Part shown: positions 20,188 through 29,689 of the stretch, in pieces
How the letters are laid out: each line of letters opens with the position of its first letter
How positions within the stretch are numbered: the first letter of the stretch is position 1
NCBI GenBank assembly: GCA_028713675.1
Contig: JAQTNV010000010.1
Span: forward strand, 12,369 to 76,368
DNA: 64,000 nt
Direction: 5' to 3'
Source: a bacterium
GTDB taxonomy: Bacteria; Desulfobacterota; JAPLJL01
Notes under the pieces: generated by a model
Seen by the model: only the letters and a program-made list of their open reading frames with translations
What the model was told of the DNA's origin: nothing
Database searches by the model: none
Made by a program: the position numbers and the translations under genes

Positions 20188-20251
20188 GGCCGGGCTGGCA
20201 ACCATTACGAATGCGTTTTTCCCCGCCTGACCGGGAAACCAACCACGCTCA

Positions 20252-23134
20252 ATGAAAACCCTGCTTTTTTCCCTGCTCCTGTCCCTGCTCGCCGTCCCGC
20301 CCGGCCAGAAATTCTTCCGCCTGGAAACCGAGCATTTCGTGGTCAACTTCCCCGCCGGGGAGGAAAGCCTGGCGGCCGAAATTTCCGGGATGGCCGAGGA
20401 CGTCCATCGGCGCCTTTCCCCCCTGCTGGATTACACCCCGTTGGAAAAAACCCAGATCGTCCTCACCAGCCATACCGACATCGCCAACGGCCTGGCCACC
20501 CCCTTTCCCCTGAACACGATCGAGATCTATCCCGCTCCCCCGCCGGTGGAATCCTTCCTCGCTTACCGGGACTGGATCTACACCCTGGTCCTGCACGAAT
20601 ACACCCACATCCTCCACCTGGACCAGGCCCGCGGGTTGACCGCGGTCTTCCGGAAAATCCTCGGGCGGGTGATCTTTCCCAATATGGTCGAACCCACCTG
20701 GCTCATTGAGGGGATTGCCGCTCACACCGAGACCGAGCTGGGCGGCAAGGGCCGGGGCCGGAGTCCCTTCTCGGACCTCGTGCTCCAAACCGCGGCGCGG
20801 GAAAAACGCTTTCCCCCGATTGACCGGGGCAGCGGGACCCTGGCCAGCTGGCCGGGCGGCAAATACCCCTACATCTTCGGATCGGGGTTCTACCGCTACC
20901 TGATCGAGACCTACGGCGCGGAAACCCCTTACCGACTTGAGATCTCCCACTCCCGGAGGATTTTTCCTTTCCTGATCAGTCTGAACTCAAGGAAAATCCT
21001 GGGTAAAAGCTACCCGACCCTCTGGCGGGAATGGGGGCAGTCCCTCCGGGATAAATCCCTGTCCCCGGAGGTTTCCCCGGCCGGAAACCCGGAACCCCGG
21101 CCGCTCACCGCTTCTCACGAATTCACTTACGGGGCGAGGTACTCCCCTTCGGGCCGGGAGATCGTCTATACCCAGGAAAATCCCCGGGAGTATCCGGGGC
21201 TTTTCCTGATCCCGGGCGACCGGCCCGACTCCCCGCGAAAACTCGTCTTCCGCAACTCGGGGTCCACCCTGACCTTCGGCCCGGAAGGAAAATCCCTGAT
21301 CTTCGACCAGGAGGAAATCAACTGGAAAACCGAGATCGTTTCGGACCTCTACCGGTTCGACCTGGAGGAGAAACACCTGGTCCGCCTCACCCGCGGACGG
21401 CATTTGACCTATCCCGATTATTCCCCGGCCCGGGACGCGCTCGCGGCCACGCGCCTGAAACCCGGGCGGAGCGAGATTGTCCTGCTCGACGGGCAAGGCC
21501 ACAACCCGGAAACCGTCTGGTCCGGAACCGCGGCGCTCCCTCTCGCCTTCGAGCCCCGTTTTTCCCCCGACGGGCAAAACCTCGTCTTCTCCGCGGCCGA
21601 CGCCTCCGGGAACCTGGACCTTTACCTCCTGGATCTTTCGACCCGGAATCTCGAACGCCTGACCTCCGATCCCGGGGATGACATCTCCCCAACCTGGTCC
21701 CCGGACGGGAAAGAGATCTTTTTCTCCTCCAGCCGGAACGGGAAATACAACCTTTACGCTTATTCCCCGTCCGGGAAAAATCTCCGCCAGGTCACCGATC
21801 TTGAAACCGGGGCCTTCGCCCCCGCCGTCTCCCCGGACGGAAAGGAAATCCTTTTTTCGGGCTACCGGGCTTCGGGATTCGATCTTTTTACTATTCCCTG
21901 CGAACCGGAGAAATGGCACTCACTTCCTCCCGAATACCCCGAGCCAGTTTCAGCAACCAATTCTCAACCTCTCCAACTCACGGATCCTTCTGCTTTCCAA
22001 CTCACCAACTCACTAACTCACCAACCTGCCAACTCTTCAACGCTCCGACTCTCTAACTCACCCTCTTCATATTCCCCCTGGGCGGGGCTGATTCCCCGTT
22101 TCTGGCTCCCGTTCCTGTACTCCGAACAGGTCAATAACGACCTGAAAGGGGTCGCTGCCGGCATAATCACCTACGGCCGGGATGTCCTGGGCCGGCATCT
22201 TTACATCCTGAATCCCTTCTATCACACGGGGGCGAAGCGGGCGGGCGGATACGTCTATTATGAGGAGAATTCCTTTTATCCCCGGCTTTCCCTTTCCGCC
22301 TCCCTGGACTACCTTCCCAAGGAATGGGGGCAGGGTGAATCCCGGCGATTTTTCTGGCTGCATTCCCAGGAAAGCCGGGCGGCGGTCACTCTCCCTTTCC
22401 CTTCTTATCAAAAATCAGCGGCGTTCGTGCTCGCTTTTAATCAAAACTATAAAAAACCCCTTTCCGTCTTCCTGCCCTCCGGGGATAAACCCCAGCCGAT
22501 CTGGCTCCTGGGACCGGAGGTGGCCTTCATCTACGACTCCGCCCGGGCCTTTCCCCTTTCCCCGGGAACCATCCAGGGGCAATGGGCGATGCTGGGGGCG
22601 GAAAAGACGTTCAGCATCCGGGATGGCGAAGTGGAGGATATCACCCGTTTCCGGGCGGACGAAATCCTCTTTTTTCCCCTCCCCGCCCGGGCCGCGGCTT
22701 CCGTCCGGACCGGTCTCAGCTACCGGCCCGACAGTTCCTACCAGCTTACCCCGCGGGGGTACCCTGACCCCGACATCTTCCCCAAATATGCCGCGCTGGT
22801 CGGCCTCAACCTGAAAACCATGCCCTGGGTCATCGAGCGCGGCCTTTTCACGCTCCCGGTCTACCTCAACCTGATATACGCTTCGGTCTTTTCGGATCTC
22901 GGGCTTTCCGGGGCCGATCTTTATGAATTGCATTCCTTCCGGACCGGGGTGGGAGGCTCCCTCAATCTGAAAACCACCCTGGGCTACTCGATCCCGGTGG
23001 TTTTCAGTTTTACCTTGGCCCGGGGATTGAACCAGGATGGTGAAACCCAACTTTATGCTACAATGAATTACGATCTTTTTGGGTTAAACAATGAATATAG
23101 AAGAAATCCGGAAATATTTCCCCGTCGTAGATGA
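20252..23134 (+). CDS. Large secreted multidomain protein: HExxH zinc-peptidase-like domain, PD40/TolB-like beta-propeller repeats and a C-terminal outer-membrane beta-barrel-like region
   Basis: Signal peptide MKTLLFSLLLSLLAVPPG. HEYTH with a downstream Glu (EGIAAHTE). Three or more SPDG(K/Q)E(I/L)xFS PD40 repeats. The C-terminal roughly 350 aa are aromatic-rich and end in an aromatic residue (...YATMNYDLF), typical of OM barrels. Confidence 0.55.
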   Translation: MKTLLFSLLLSLLAVPPGQKFFRLETEHFVVNFPAGEESLAAEISGMAEDVHRRLSPLLDYTPLEKTQIVLTSHTDIANGLATPFPLNTIEIYPAPPPVESFLAYRDWIYTLVLHEYTHILHLDQARGLTAVFRKILGRVIFPNMVEPTWLIEGIAAHTETELGGKGRGRSPFSDLVLQTAAREKRFPPIDRGSGTLASWPGGKYPYIFGSGFYRYLIETYGAETPYRLEISHSRRIFPFLISLNSRKILGKSYPTLWREWGQSLRDKSLSPEVSPAGNPEPRPLTASHEFTYGARYSPSGREIVYTQENPREYPGLFLIPGDRPDSPRKLVFRNSGSTLTFGPEGKSLIFDQEEINWKTEIVSDLYRFDLEEKHLVRLTRGRHLTYPDYSPARDALAATRLKPGRSEIVLLDGQGHNPETVWSGTAALPLAFEPRFSPDGQNLVFSAADASGNLDLYLLDLSTRNLERLTSDPGDDISPTWSPDGKEIFFSSSRNGKYNLYAYSPSGKNLRQVTDLETGAFAPAVSPDGKEILFSGYRASGFDLFTIPCEPEKWHSLPPEYPEPVSATNSQPLQLTDPSAFQLTNSLTHQPANSSTLRLSNSPSSYSPWAGLIPRFWLPFLYSEQVNNDLKGVAAGIITYGRDVLGRHLYILNPFYHTGAKRAGGYVYYEENSFYPRLSLSASLDYLPKEWGQGESRRFFWLHSQESRAAVTLPFPSYQKSAAFVLAFNQNYKKPLSVFLPSGDKPQPIWLLGPEVAFIYDSARAFPLSPGTIQGQWAMLGAEKTFSIRDGEVEDITRFRADEILFFPLPARAAASVRTGLSYRPDSSYQLTPRGYPDPDIFPKYAALVGLNLKTMPWVIERGLFTLPVYLNLIYASVFSDLGLSGADLYELHSFRTGVGGSLNLKTTLGYSIPVVFSFTLARGLNQDGETQLYATMNYDLFGLNNEYRRNPEIFPRRR

Positions 23135-24227
23135 GCTGATCTACCTTGACCACGCCGGGGTGTCCCCCCTTTCCACCCGGGTGGTGGGAGCGGTGGAGGG
23201 ATTTCTCCAGCGGGCCTGCGAAGGCGCGGGCATCTTCACCCAGGAATTCGACCAGGAGGTGGAAAGGGTCCGCGACCAGGCCGCTTCCATACTTGGGGCC
23301 CACCCGGACGAAATCGCTTTTGCCAAGAACACCTCGGAGGCCCTTTCCTGGGTGGCCGCGGGCATCAATTGGTTCCCGGAAGACAAGGTCATCATCAACG
23401 ACCTGGAGTTTCCCTCCAATGTTTATCCCTGGATGAATCTGAAGGAAATCGGCGTGGAGCTGAAAACCATCTCCGCCGCCGACGGCCGGATTACCCCGGA
23501 GATGATCGAATCCCAACTCGATCCCCGCACCCGCCTGGTCGCCCTTTCCTCGGTCCAGTACCAGAACGGCTTCCGGGCCAACCTGGCGCAGATCGGGAAG
23601 ATCTGCCGGGAACGGGGCATTCTCTTCTGCGTGGACGGAATCCAGAGCGTGGGGGCGATCCCCCTGGATGTCCATGACGAGAAAATTGACTTCCTCGCCG
23701 CCGACGGCCACAAGTGGATGCTGGCCCCGGAGGGGGTGGCGATTTTCTACTGCCGCCGGGAGAACCTGGAGCTGCTCAAACCCCTCTCGGTCGGGTGGAA
23801 AAGTGTGGTCAAGCCCCGGGAGTTCGACCGGATTGATTTTACCCTCCGCTCGGACGCCGCCCGCTTCGAAGGCGGAAGCCTGAACATCATGGGCATCTTC
23901 GCCCTCGGTTCCGCCCTCGACCTTCTGATTGAAATCGGGATCGAGTCGATCTACGAGCGGATCCTCACCCTGACCAACTACATTTACAAGGAAGCCAAGG
24001 AACGCGAGGTTCCGGTGCTTTCTCCCTGGGGGAAGGGCGAACGTTCGGGGATCGTGAGTCTCAAGGTGCAGGATCCCAAGTTCATCCACCGCAAGCTTCT
24101 CACCGAAAAGATCGTGACCGCGGTCCGGGGCAACGCCCTGCGGCTCTCCCCGCATTTCTACAACACCGAAGCCGAAATCCAGCAATTTTTTGAAACCCTG
24201 GAAAGACTGACCGCCAAGAAGCAATAA
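23091..24227 (+). CDS. Class V aminotransferase / cysteine-desulfurase-like PLP enzyme
   Basis: Motif ELIYLDHAGVSPL and the PLP-lysine motif DFLAADGHKWMLAPEG. Overlaps the upstream gene by 44 nt. Confidence 0.85.
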   Translation: MNIEEIRKYFPVVDELIYLDHAGVSPLSTRVVGAVEGFLQRACEGAGIFTQEFDQEVERVRDQAASILGAHPDEIAFAKNTSEALSWVAAGINWFPEDKVIINDLEFPSNVYPWMNLKEIGVELKTISAADGRITPEMIESQLDPRTRLVALSSVQYQNGFRANLAQIGKICRERGILFCVDGIQSVGAIPLDVHDEKIDFLAADGHKWMLAPEGVAIFYCRRENLELLKPLSVGWKSVVKPREFDRIDFTLRSDAARFEGGSLNIMGIFALGSALDLLIEIGIESIYERILTLTNYIYKEAKEREVPVLSPWGKGERSGIVSLKVQDPKFIHRKLLTEKIVTAVRGNALRLSPHFYNTEAEIQQFFETLERLTAKKQ

Positions 24228-24309
24228 TCCCAGTCGGTGTCAGTGTCGGTGACGGGGATAAGAGTATAGGGCATAGGGCAAAGATCAAAAAGCAAAGAAT
24301 ATAAATGAT

Positions 24310-24340
24310 AAAAAAGGCGGCCTTGCGGCCGCCTTTTTTT
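24310..24340 (+). terminator. Rho-independent terminator downstream of the aminotransferase gene
   Basis: Hairpin aaaaaaggcggcc-ttgc-ggccgccttttttt. Confidence 0.7.
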
Positions 24341-24574
24341 ATCATAAATAATCCTCCCCTCCCTGGAGGGGAGGGGACTGAGGGGAGGGTGAACGATGCG
24401 TTTTCTCACCCTCTCCTTCATCCTCCCCCCTCAAGGGGGAGGAAAAATTTACAAATAAAAATACGACAAAGGACGGACAAGACGAGAAAAAAAGGCGGGG
24501 ATAAACCCCGCCCCTACAAAAACAATTTATTTAATAACGTAGGGGAGCCCCTGGTGGGCTCCCTCAATTTAATA

Positions 24575-24631
24575 CGCAGGCTTCCCTCGGCCATAATGCC
24601 TCGGGATCTGATCGAAAAGCCTGCGTCTACC
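24575..24631 (-). repeat. Long-loop REP variant (57 nt), copy 1 of 3
   Basis: The reverse complement matches the copies at 49887-49943 and 53719-53775 (GGTAGMCGCAGGCTTTTCGATCAGATCCCGAGGYATTRTGRYCGAGGGAAGCCTGCG). Outer stem GCAGGCTT/AAGCCTGC and inner stem TCGATCA/TGATCGA. Confidence 0.75.
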
Positions 24632-24697
24632 GCTTTTAACCTTGAACCGTGAACACTGAACCTCTTAACCTCTGATTTCCACCTTTCTCGCTACTAT

Positions 24698-27295
24698 TTA
24701 TTCGCACTTGGAGAATCCGCAGGCCCGGCAGAAGAAGCAGCCGCTGGCGGATTCCATCTGCCCGCCGCATTCCGGGCAGGCGCGGATATCCGTCTTCCCG
24801 GAAGCCGGGGCGTGCTCCCGGGCGGTTTCCGGGGCGGCCAGATGCGGTTCCTCCACCGGGACCGGGTCGGGGGCCGGCGCGGTCTCCGCCGTTCCCGCCC
24901 CGGGGGCGGTGGCGATCATCTCCGGCGGCTCTTTTTCCTTATCCTTCAGGTAACGCGCGGTGGCCTTGGCGATCGCGTCCGCGCAGGAAAGAATCATGCC
25001 GCCGCCCTTTTCCCAGGCCGGCGACGGGCAGCGCACGCTCTGGAGCTGGCGGATGATGGACTCGGTATCCACCCCGGCCCGGAGCGAAAGGGAAATCAGG
25101 CGGCTGATCGCTTCCGCCTGGGAAGCGGCGCAGCCCCCGGCCTTTCCCATGGTGGTGAAAACCTCGAAGAGGCCGTGCTCGTCCTCGTTGATGGTGATGT
25201 AGAGATTTCCGCAGCCGGTGGTCATCCTCCGGGTGTTCCCGTTGATCACTTCCGGGCGCGGGCGGGGGGTCAGCCCCCGGGCGGCGACCTCGCCGGCCGA
25301 CAGGGGCTTCGTTTCCTGTTCCTTCGTTTCCGGGCCCGGGGCCGCCTGGCCCAGTCCCGAGGTTAGCACCTGGTTCTCCCGGCTGCCGTCCCGGTAGACC
25401 GTCACCCCTTTGCACCCCAGCTCGAAAGCCTGGAGGTAAACCCGGGCCACGTCTTCCCGCGAGGCCGAGCGGGGAAAGTTCACGGTTTTGCTGACCGCGT
25501 TTTCGGTATGCCGCTGAAAGGCCGCCTGCATCTTCATGTGCCAGTCGGGAGTAATATCATGGGCGCAGACAAAAACCCTCCGCCAAGCGGACGGGATCTT
25601 GGACACTTTCTGCGCGTTCCCCTCCCGGGCCACTTCCTGGATCAGATCGTCGGAATAAAAGCCCTCTTCCCGGGCGATCTGCTGGAAAACCGGATTGATA
25701 TCGGGAAGCTTGTCGTTATCCATCACGTTCCGGGTGTAAACCAGGGCATAAAAAGGCTCGATCCCGGAGGAACAACCGGCGATGATGCTGATTGTCCCGG
25801 TGGGGGCGATGGTGGTGACAGTGGCGTTCCGGCGGGGGGGAAGGCCGAGTTTCGCCCAGCGGCTCCCGGGGAAATTCGGGAACGGCCCCCGGGCGGCGGC
25901 GAGCTCCTCGGACATCTTCACCGCCTCGGAATTGACGAAGCCCATGACTTCCTCGGCTGCCTGCAGGCCGGGTTCGGAATCGTAGGGAATCCCGAGCAGG
26001 GCGAGCAGGTCGGCGAAGCCCATGACCCCGAGCCCGACCTTGCGGTTGGCCCGGGTCATCTGCGCGATCTCGGGAAGCGGATAGCGGTTCACCTCGATCA
26101 CGTTGTCCAGAAAACGGACCGCGGTCCGGACCGTCCGGCGGAGGTGGGCATAGTCCACCCGGTAGCGCCGGGAAGCAAAACTCTTGGCGGTGGAGTAATC
26201 CCGGACTTCCTCGGGGATCCCCACCCCGTTGCTGGTGACCATCCGGGCCAGGTTGATCGAGCCCAGGTTGCAGGATTCATAGGGAAGCAGGGGCTGCTCG
26301 CCGCAGGGATTGGTGCTTTCGATCTCCCCGATTTCCGGGGTCGGGTTTTCCTGGTTGATCCGGTCGATATAGATCACCCCCGGTTCGCCGTTGAGCCAGG
26401 CTTTTTCCATGATCCGGCGGTAAACCTCCGGGGCCGAAAGCCGTCCCGCCGCCTTGCCGGTCCGGGGATTTAACAGGTTGTATTCCTCCCCCCGGGCCAG
26501 GGCCTCCATGAACTTATCGGTCACGGCTACCGAGATATTGAAATTATTCAGGCGGTCGGATTTGGTTTTGGCCTCGATAAAATCGAGGATGTCCGGGTGA
26601 TCCACCCGCAGGATCCCCATGTTGGCCCCGCGGCGGGTCCCTCCCTGCTTGATCGTTTCGGTGGCGGCGTCAAAAACCGTCATGAAGGAAACCGGCCCCG
26701 AGGAAACCCCCTTGGTGGAAAGCACGGTATCGTTCTTGGGCCGGACCCGGGAGAAGGAAAAACCAGTACCGCCCCCGCTCTTGTGAATCAGGGCGGTATG
26801 CTTGATGGCGTCGAAAATGCTTTCCATCGAGTCGCCCACCGGCAGGACAAAACAGGCCGAAAGCTGTCCGAGTTCCTTCCCCGCGTTCATCAGGGTTGGG
26901 GAATTGGGAACGAAATCCAGGGTGGCCAGGGCCTCATAAAATTCCTGGGCGACTTCCCCGGGTTCCCGGCCTCCGGTCACCTTTTCCTCCGCGGCGGCAA
27001 TCGCCCGGGCGACCCGGACGTACATCTCCCGGGGGTTTTCGATCACCTGGCCGTCTTCGTCCTTTTTCAGGTATCTCCGTTCGAGCACCCGGCGGGCGTT
27101 CTCGGAAACTGAAACCGGGGGGCTGGAAAAAGGCTGCGATCCCCGGGGAGCCAGCGGTCCCGGATGCGGATCGGAAAGATTGACCGGTATCTTGAAGGTT
27201 TTTTCCTCAACCGCGAGCGGCCGGGAATTGGCTTCCTGGTTTTCCGCGGACTTTGACCTCTCGGAATGAAATTCCTGTCCCGTTCGTGAACTCAT
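24698..27295 (-). CDS. nrdJ: Adenosylcobalamin-dependent (class II) ribonucleotide reductase with a C-terminal Zn-ribbon
   Basis: 865 aa. Class II RNR motifs are present (FVPNSPTLMNAGK, LSACFVLPVGDSMESIF, NPCGEQPLLPYESCNLGSINL). C-terminal CPECGG...CFFCRACG. The N-terminal roughly 70 aa are low-complexity, so the start may be downstream. Confidence 0.9.
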   Translation of the reverse strand: MSSRTGQEFHSERSKSAENQEANSRPLAVEEKTFKIPVNLSDPHPGPLAPRGSQPFSSPPVSVSENARRVLERRYLKKDEDGQVIENPREMYVRVARAIAAAEEKVTGGREPGEVAQEFYEALATLDFVPNSPTLMNAGKELGQLSACFVLPVGDSMESIFDAIKHTALIHKSGGGTGFSFSRVRPKNDTVLSTKGVSSGPVSFMTVFDAATETIKQGGTRRGANMGILRVDHPDILDFIEAKTKSDRLNNFNISVAVTDKFMEALARGEEYNLLNPRTGKAAGRLSAPEVYRRIMEKAWLNGEPGVIYIDRINQENPTPEIGEIESTNPCGEQPLLPYESCNLGSINLARMVTSNGVGIPEEVRDYSTAKSFASRRYRVDYAHLRRTVRTAVRFLDNVIEVNRYPLPEIAQMTRANRKVGLGVMGFADLLALLGIPYDSEPGLQAAEEVMGFVNSEAVKMSEELAAARGPFPNFPGSRWAKLGLPPRRNATVTTIAPTGTISIIAGCSSGIEPFYALVYTRNVMDNDKLPDINPVFQQIAREEGFYSDDLIQEVAREGNAQKVSKIPSAWRRVFVCAHDITPDWHMKMQAAFQRHTENAVSKTVNFPRSASREDVARVYLQAFELGCKGVTVYRDGSRENQVLTSGLGQAAPGPETKEQETKPLSAGEVAARGLTPRPRPEVINGNTRRMTTGCGNLYITINEDEHGLFEVFTTMGKAGGCAASQAEAISRLISLSLRAGVDTESIIRQLQSVRCPSPAWEKGGGMILSCADAIAKATARYLKDKEKEPPEMIATAPGAGTAETAPAPDPVPVEEPHLAAPETAREHAPASGKTDIRACPECGGQMESASGCFFCRACGFSKCE

Positions 27296-27321
27296 TTCCC
27301 TCTCCTGAATTGAATGAATTT

Positions 27322-27370
27322 TACCCAGATATTGTTATCCTTCGACCTGATCATACTACATATTGTATTT
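27322..27370. promoter_or_regulatory. Candidate tandem NrdR boxes upstream of nrdJ
   Basis: Two ATATTGT-containing 16-mers with centres 31 bp apart. The distal one (27353-27368, atactacatattgtat) matches 13 of 16 positions of the acaCwAtATaTwGtgt consensus as recalled. The proximal one is weaker (9 of 16). Confidence 0.3.
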
Positions 27371-27559
27371 TTTCTTGTCAAGACTTTTCTGGCCAGCAAC
27401 GGAAAAACAACCCCCTGCCGGGATCATTTTCGGCCTGCCCTTGGCGGGAGACATCTATTCTTCCTTTATTGTCATCCCCGTCCCGCATATGAGTGCGGGA
27501 CAAACTTCAGCGGGGGTCCCAAAAATAATGCAAATTAAATTTTTCCTTATTATTAATTT

Positions 27560-27587
27560 CTGGATTCCTGCTTCCGCAGGAATGACG
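27560..27587. repeat. GAAA-loop hairpin repeat family (ctggattcctgcttccgcaggaatgacg)
   Basis: Located in the nrdJ-gcvH intergenic region. Generates the spurious peptide FWIPASAGMT in shadow ORF 27363..27623. Confidence 0.65.
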
Positions 27588-27605
27588 TCTATAAAAAGGA
27601 ATCCT

Positions 27606-27646
27606 TCAAAAATAAAAAAATGAGGCCCGCTGATCAGCGGGCCCGG
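27606..27646 (-). terminator. Rho-independent terminator for gcvH
   Basis: Perfect 20-bp palindrome ggcccgctgatcagcgggcc, followed on the minus strand by tcatttttttatttttg. Confidence 0.65.
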
Positions 27647-27677
27647 GTAAAGCCACGGAAACCGAATCGAAATTAAT

Positions 27678-28067
27678 TTATTCTTCCTCTTCGGTAATCT
27701 CTTCCTGGTATTCGCCGTAATCCAAAAGGGACTGGAGTTCGTTGGCGTCGGTCGGGGAAATCAGGACCAGCCAGCCTTCCTGGTAAGGGTCATCGCTGAT
27801 CAGGCCGGGTTCATCCTCGAGATTCGGGTTCACCTCCAGCACCGCCCCCGAGATGGGCGCGATCAGGTCGAAGGCTTTTTCAAAAGCCTCGATTTCTCCG
27901 AAGGGGGCGTCCTTTTCCAGTTCATCCCCTTTGACGGGAAGGTCCACCGCGGTGATCCCCGGGAATCCCTTCTTGATGAAATTGGAGACCCCGATCCGGG
28001 CGTTCTTTCCTTCGAGCCGGACCCAGATATGATCCTCACTGAAAAGCAAATCATCCAAATCAACCAT
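27678..28067 (-). CDS. gcvH: Glycine cleavage system H protein (lipoyl carrier)
   Basis: Lipoyl-attachment region EIEAFEKAFDLIAPISGAVLEVN. The likely start is the second Met at 28067. The ORF track extends to 28094. Confidence 0.8.
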   Translation of the reverse strand: MVDLDDLLFSEDHIWVRLEGKNARIGVSNFIKKGFPGITAVDLPVKGDELEKDAPFGEIEAFEKAFDLIAPISGAVLEVNPNLEDEPGLISDDPYQEGWLVLISPTDANELQSLLDYGEYQEEITEEEE

Positions 28068-28265
28068 ACCAAAACCTCCCCCAAGCCGATCCATTCCGGG
28101 CCTAACCCGGGTTTTCCGAAAAAAAGATTCCGGAGATTATTTACCGGTTAACAAACCCCCTTGTCAAGACCCCTCCCCGCCCGTCGAATATTTTTCCGCT
28201 CCCCGGGAGGATTTGATTGACTATCTTCGCGCACCTGTGGCATATTTGCGGAGAGGAAAAGCGAT

Positions 28266-29024
28266 TTGATCCAAGATTATCTCACCCTGATTTCCCTGAC
28301 TATCATCTCTGCGAATCCCGGGATTTCCCAGTCCGGCGGCGTCGGCGAGCTGGTGGCCCGGGCCGGGCCGGTGGTGAAATTTGTTCTCCTCCTCCTCTTT
28401 CTACTCTCGGTGGCCACCTGGGCGATCATCTTTTTCAAATACCTGCAGCTCCGGCTGGCGCGCACCCGCTCCCAGGCCTTCCTGAACATTTTCTGGGAAA
28501 AGAAGCGGCTGGAAGTGATCATGGAGGAGACCCAGAAACTTTCCGGCTGCCCCCTGCGCGCCCTCTTCCAATCCGGTTTCTCGGAGCTGACCAAGGTCCA
28601 GAAAATCAAGAGCCGCCACCCCGAGGCCGAGTCCGAAACCGGTTTGACTCCCCCGGAAGGGGGGGGGATCGAAAATGTCGAGCGGTCCCTGCGCCGGGCT
28701 TTTACCTCGGAAACCTCCCGGCTGGAATCCTACCTGACCTTTCTGGCCACCACCGCTTCCGCCGCCCCCTTCATCGGGCTTTTCGGAACCGTCTGGGGCA
28801 TTATGGACACTTTCCAGGGAATCGGCCGATCCGGGTCAGCCTCCCTGGCCGTAGTCGCCCCCGGAATTTCCGAGGCCCTGATCGCCACCGCCTTCGGCCT
28901 CGCCGCCGCGATCCCGGCGGTCCTGGCCTACAATTATTTTGTCAACATGGTGCGCAACCTCTCGAACCAGATGGAAGGGTTTACCCAGGACTTCCTGAAT
29001 ATCTGCCAGAGGCACTTCATATAA
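28266..29024 (+). CDS. tolQ: TolQ (MotA/TolQ/ExbB proton-channel family)
   Basis: Three TM segments, with a C-terminal ALIATAFGLAAAIPAVLAYNYF motif. First gene of a tolQRAB-pal-cpoB series. Confidence 0.85.
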   Translation: MIQDYLTLISLTIISANPGISQSGGVGELVARAGPVVKFVLLLLFLLSVATWAIIFFKYLQLRLARTRSQAFLNIFWEKKRLEVIMEETQKLSGCPLRALFQSGFSELTKVQKIKSRHPEAESETGLTPPEGGGIENVERSLRRAFTSETSRLESYLTFLATTASAAPFIGLFGTVWGIMDTFQGIGRSGSASLAVVAPGISEALIATAFGLAAAIPAVLAYNYFVNMVRNLSNQMEGFTQDFLNICQRHFI

Positions 29025-29058
29025 AGTTTCGAGTTTCTAGTTTAGGGTTTCGGGTTTG
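29025..29058 (+). repeat. Stop-codon-adjacent GTTTCGA-heptamer element (sense orientation, 3' of tolQ)
   Basis: The sequence agtttcgagtttctagtttagggtttcgggtttg starts the nucleotide after the tolQ TAA. Confidence 0.65.
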
Positions 29059-29111
29059 TTAATTGAGATTTGTTTGATAATTGGAGCTTGACAATTGGTG
29101 ATTGATTAAAA

Positions 29112-29519
29112 ATGAAGATTTCCGGAAAAGAATATAAAAGCCTGGCCGAGATCAATGTCACCCCCATGGTGGACGTAATGCTGGTCCTCCTGATCATTTT
29201 CATCGTCGCCGCCCCGCTCCTGGAACAGGGGATGGGGGTCTCCCTGCCCCAGGCCGAGGCCCCGGCGGTGGAAATCAAAAACGAGGACCTGATCATCAGC
29301 ATCGGTAAGAACCGGGTGGTCATGATCGGAAACGCGGCGGTACCCCTCGCGGAACTGGGAAAAAAACTCAAGCTGATCGGGGAGCAGACCGGCAAGAAAC
29401 AGATCTTCCTGCGCGCCGACCGGGACGTTCCTTACGGCCTGGTCGTTAAGGTCATGTCCGATATCAAGGGAGCCGGTTTTCCCGACCTGGGGATCGTGAC
29501 CGAACCGCCGGAGAAATAA
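29112..29519 (+). CDS. tolR: TolR (ExbD/TolR family)
   Basis: Motif NVTPMVDVMLVLLIIFIV, with the typical size and position for TolR. Confidence 0.85.
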   Translation: MKISGKEYKSLAEINVTPMVDVMLVLLIIFIVAAPLLEQGMGVSLPQAEAPAVEIKNEDLIISIGKNRVVMIGNAAVPLAELGKKLKLIGEQTGKKQIFLRADRDVPYGLVVKVMSDIKGAGFPDLGIVTEPPEK

Positions 29520-29689
29520 AACATCAAACTGAAGTTGGTAGGTTCACCGTTCCCATTCGCAGGGCTCAGGGCAAGCAAGGTTCAAAGGTTGAATACGGAA
29601 AAATCCAAAGGCAAAGTCCGGAAACACCTTAACCTTGAACTCTGGACTTTGAACCCTGAACCTGGATACCTACAAAGTAGAAGTAAGAA

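Noticed and set aside
20252-23134. Identification of the 960-aa protein as LptD
   Set aside because: LptD has an N-terminal OstA-like beta-jellyroll. This protein instead starts with an HExxH peptidase-like domain and PD40 repeats. Only the C-terminal barrel-like character is shared.
24305-24652. 115-aa ORF in the aminotransferase-nrdJ intergenic region
   Set aside because: It is composed entirely of translated hairpin repeats (terminator, G-rich hairpins, REP) and has no coding signal.
27296-27677. Cobalamin riboswitch upstream of nrdJ
   Set aside because: No B12-box-like conserved core was recognisable. Class II RNR uses B12 as a cofactor and is not usually riboswitch-repressed.
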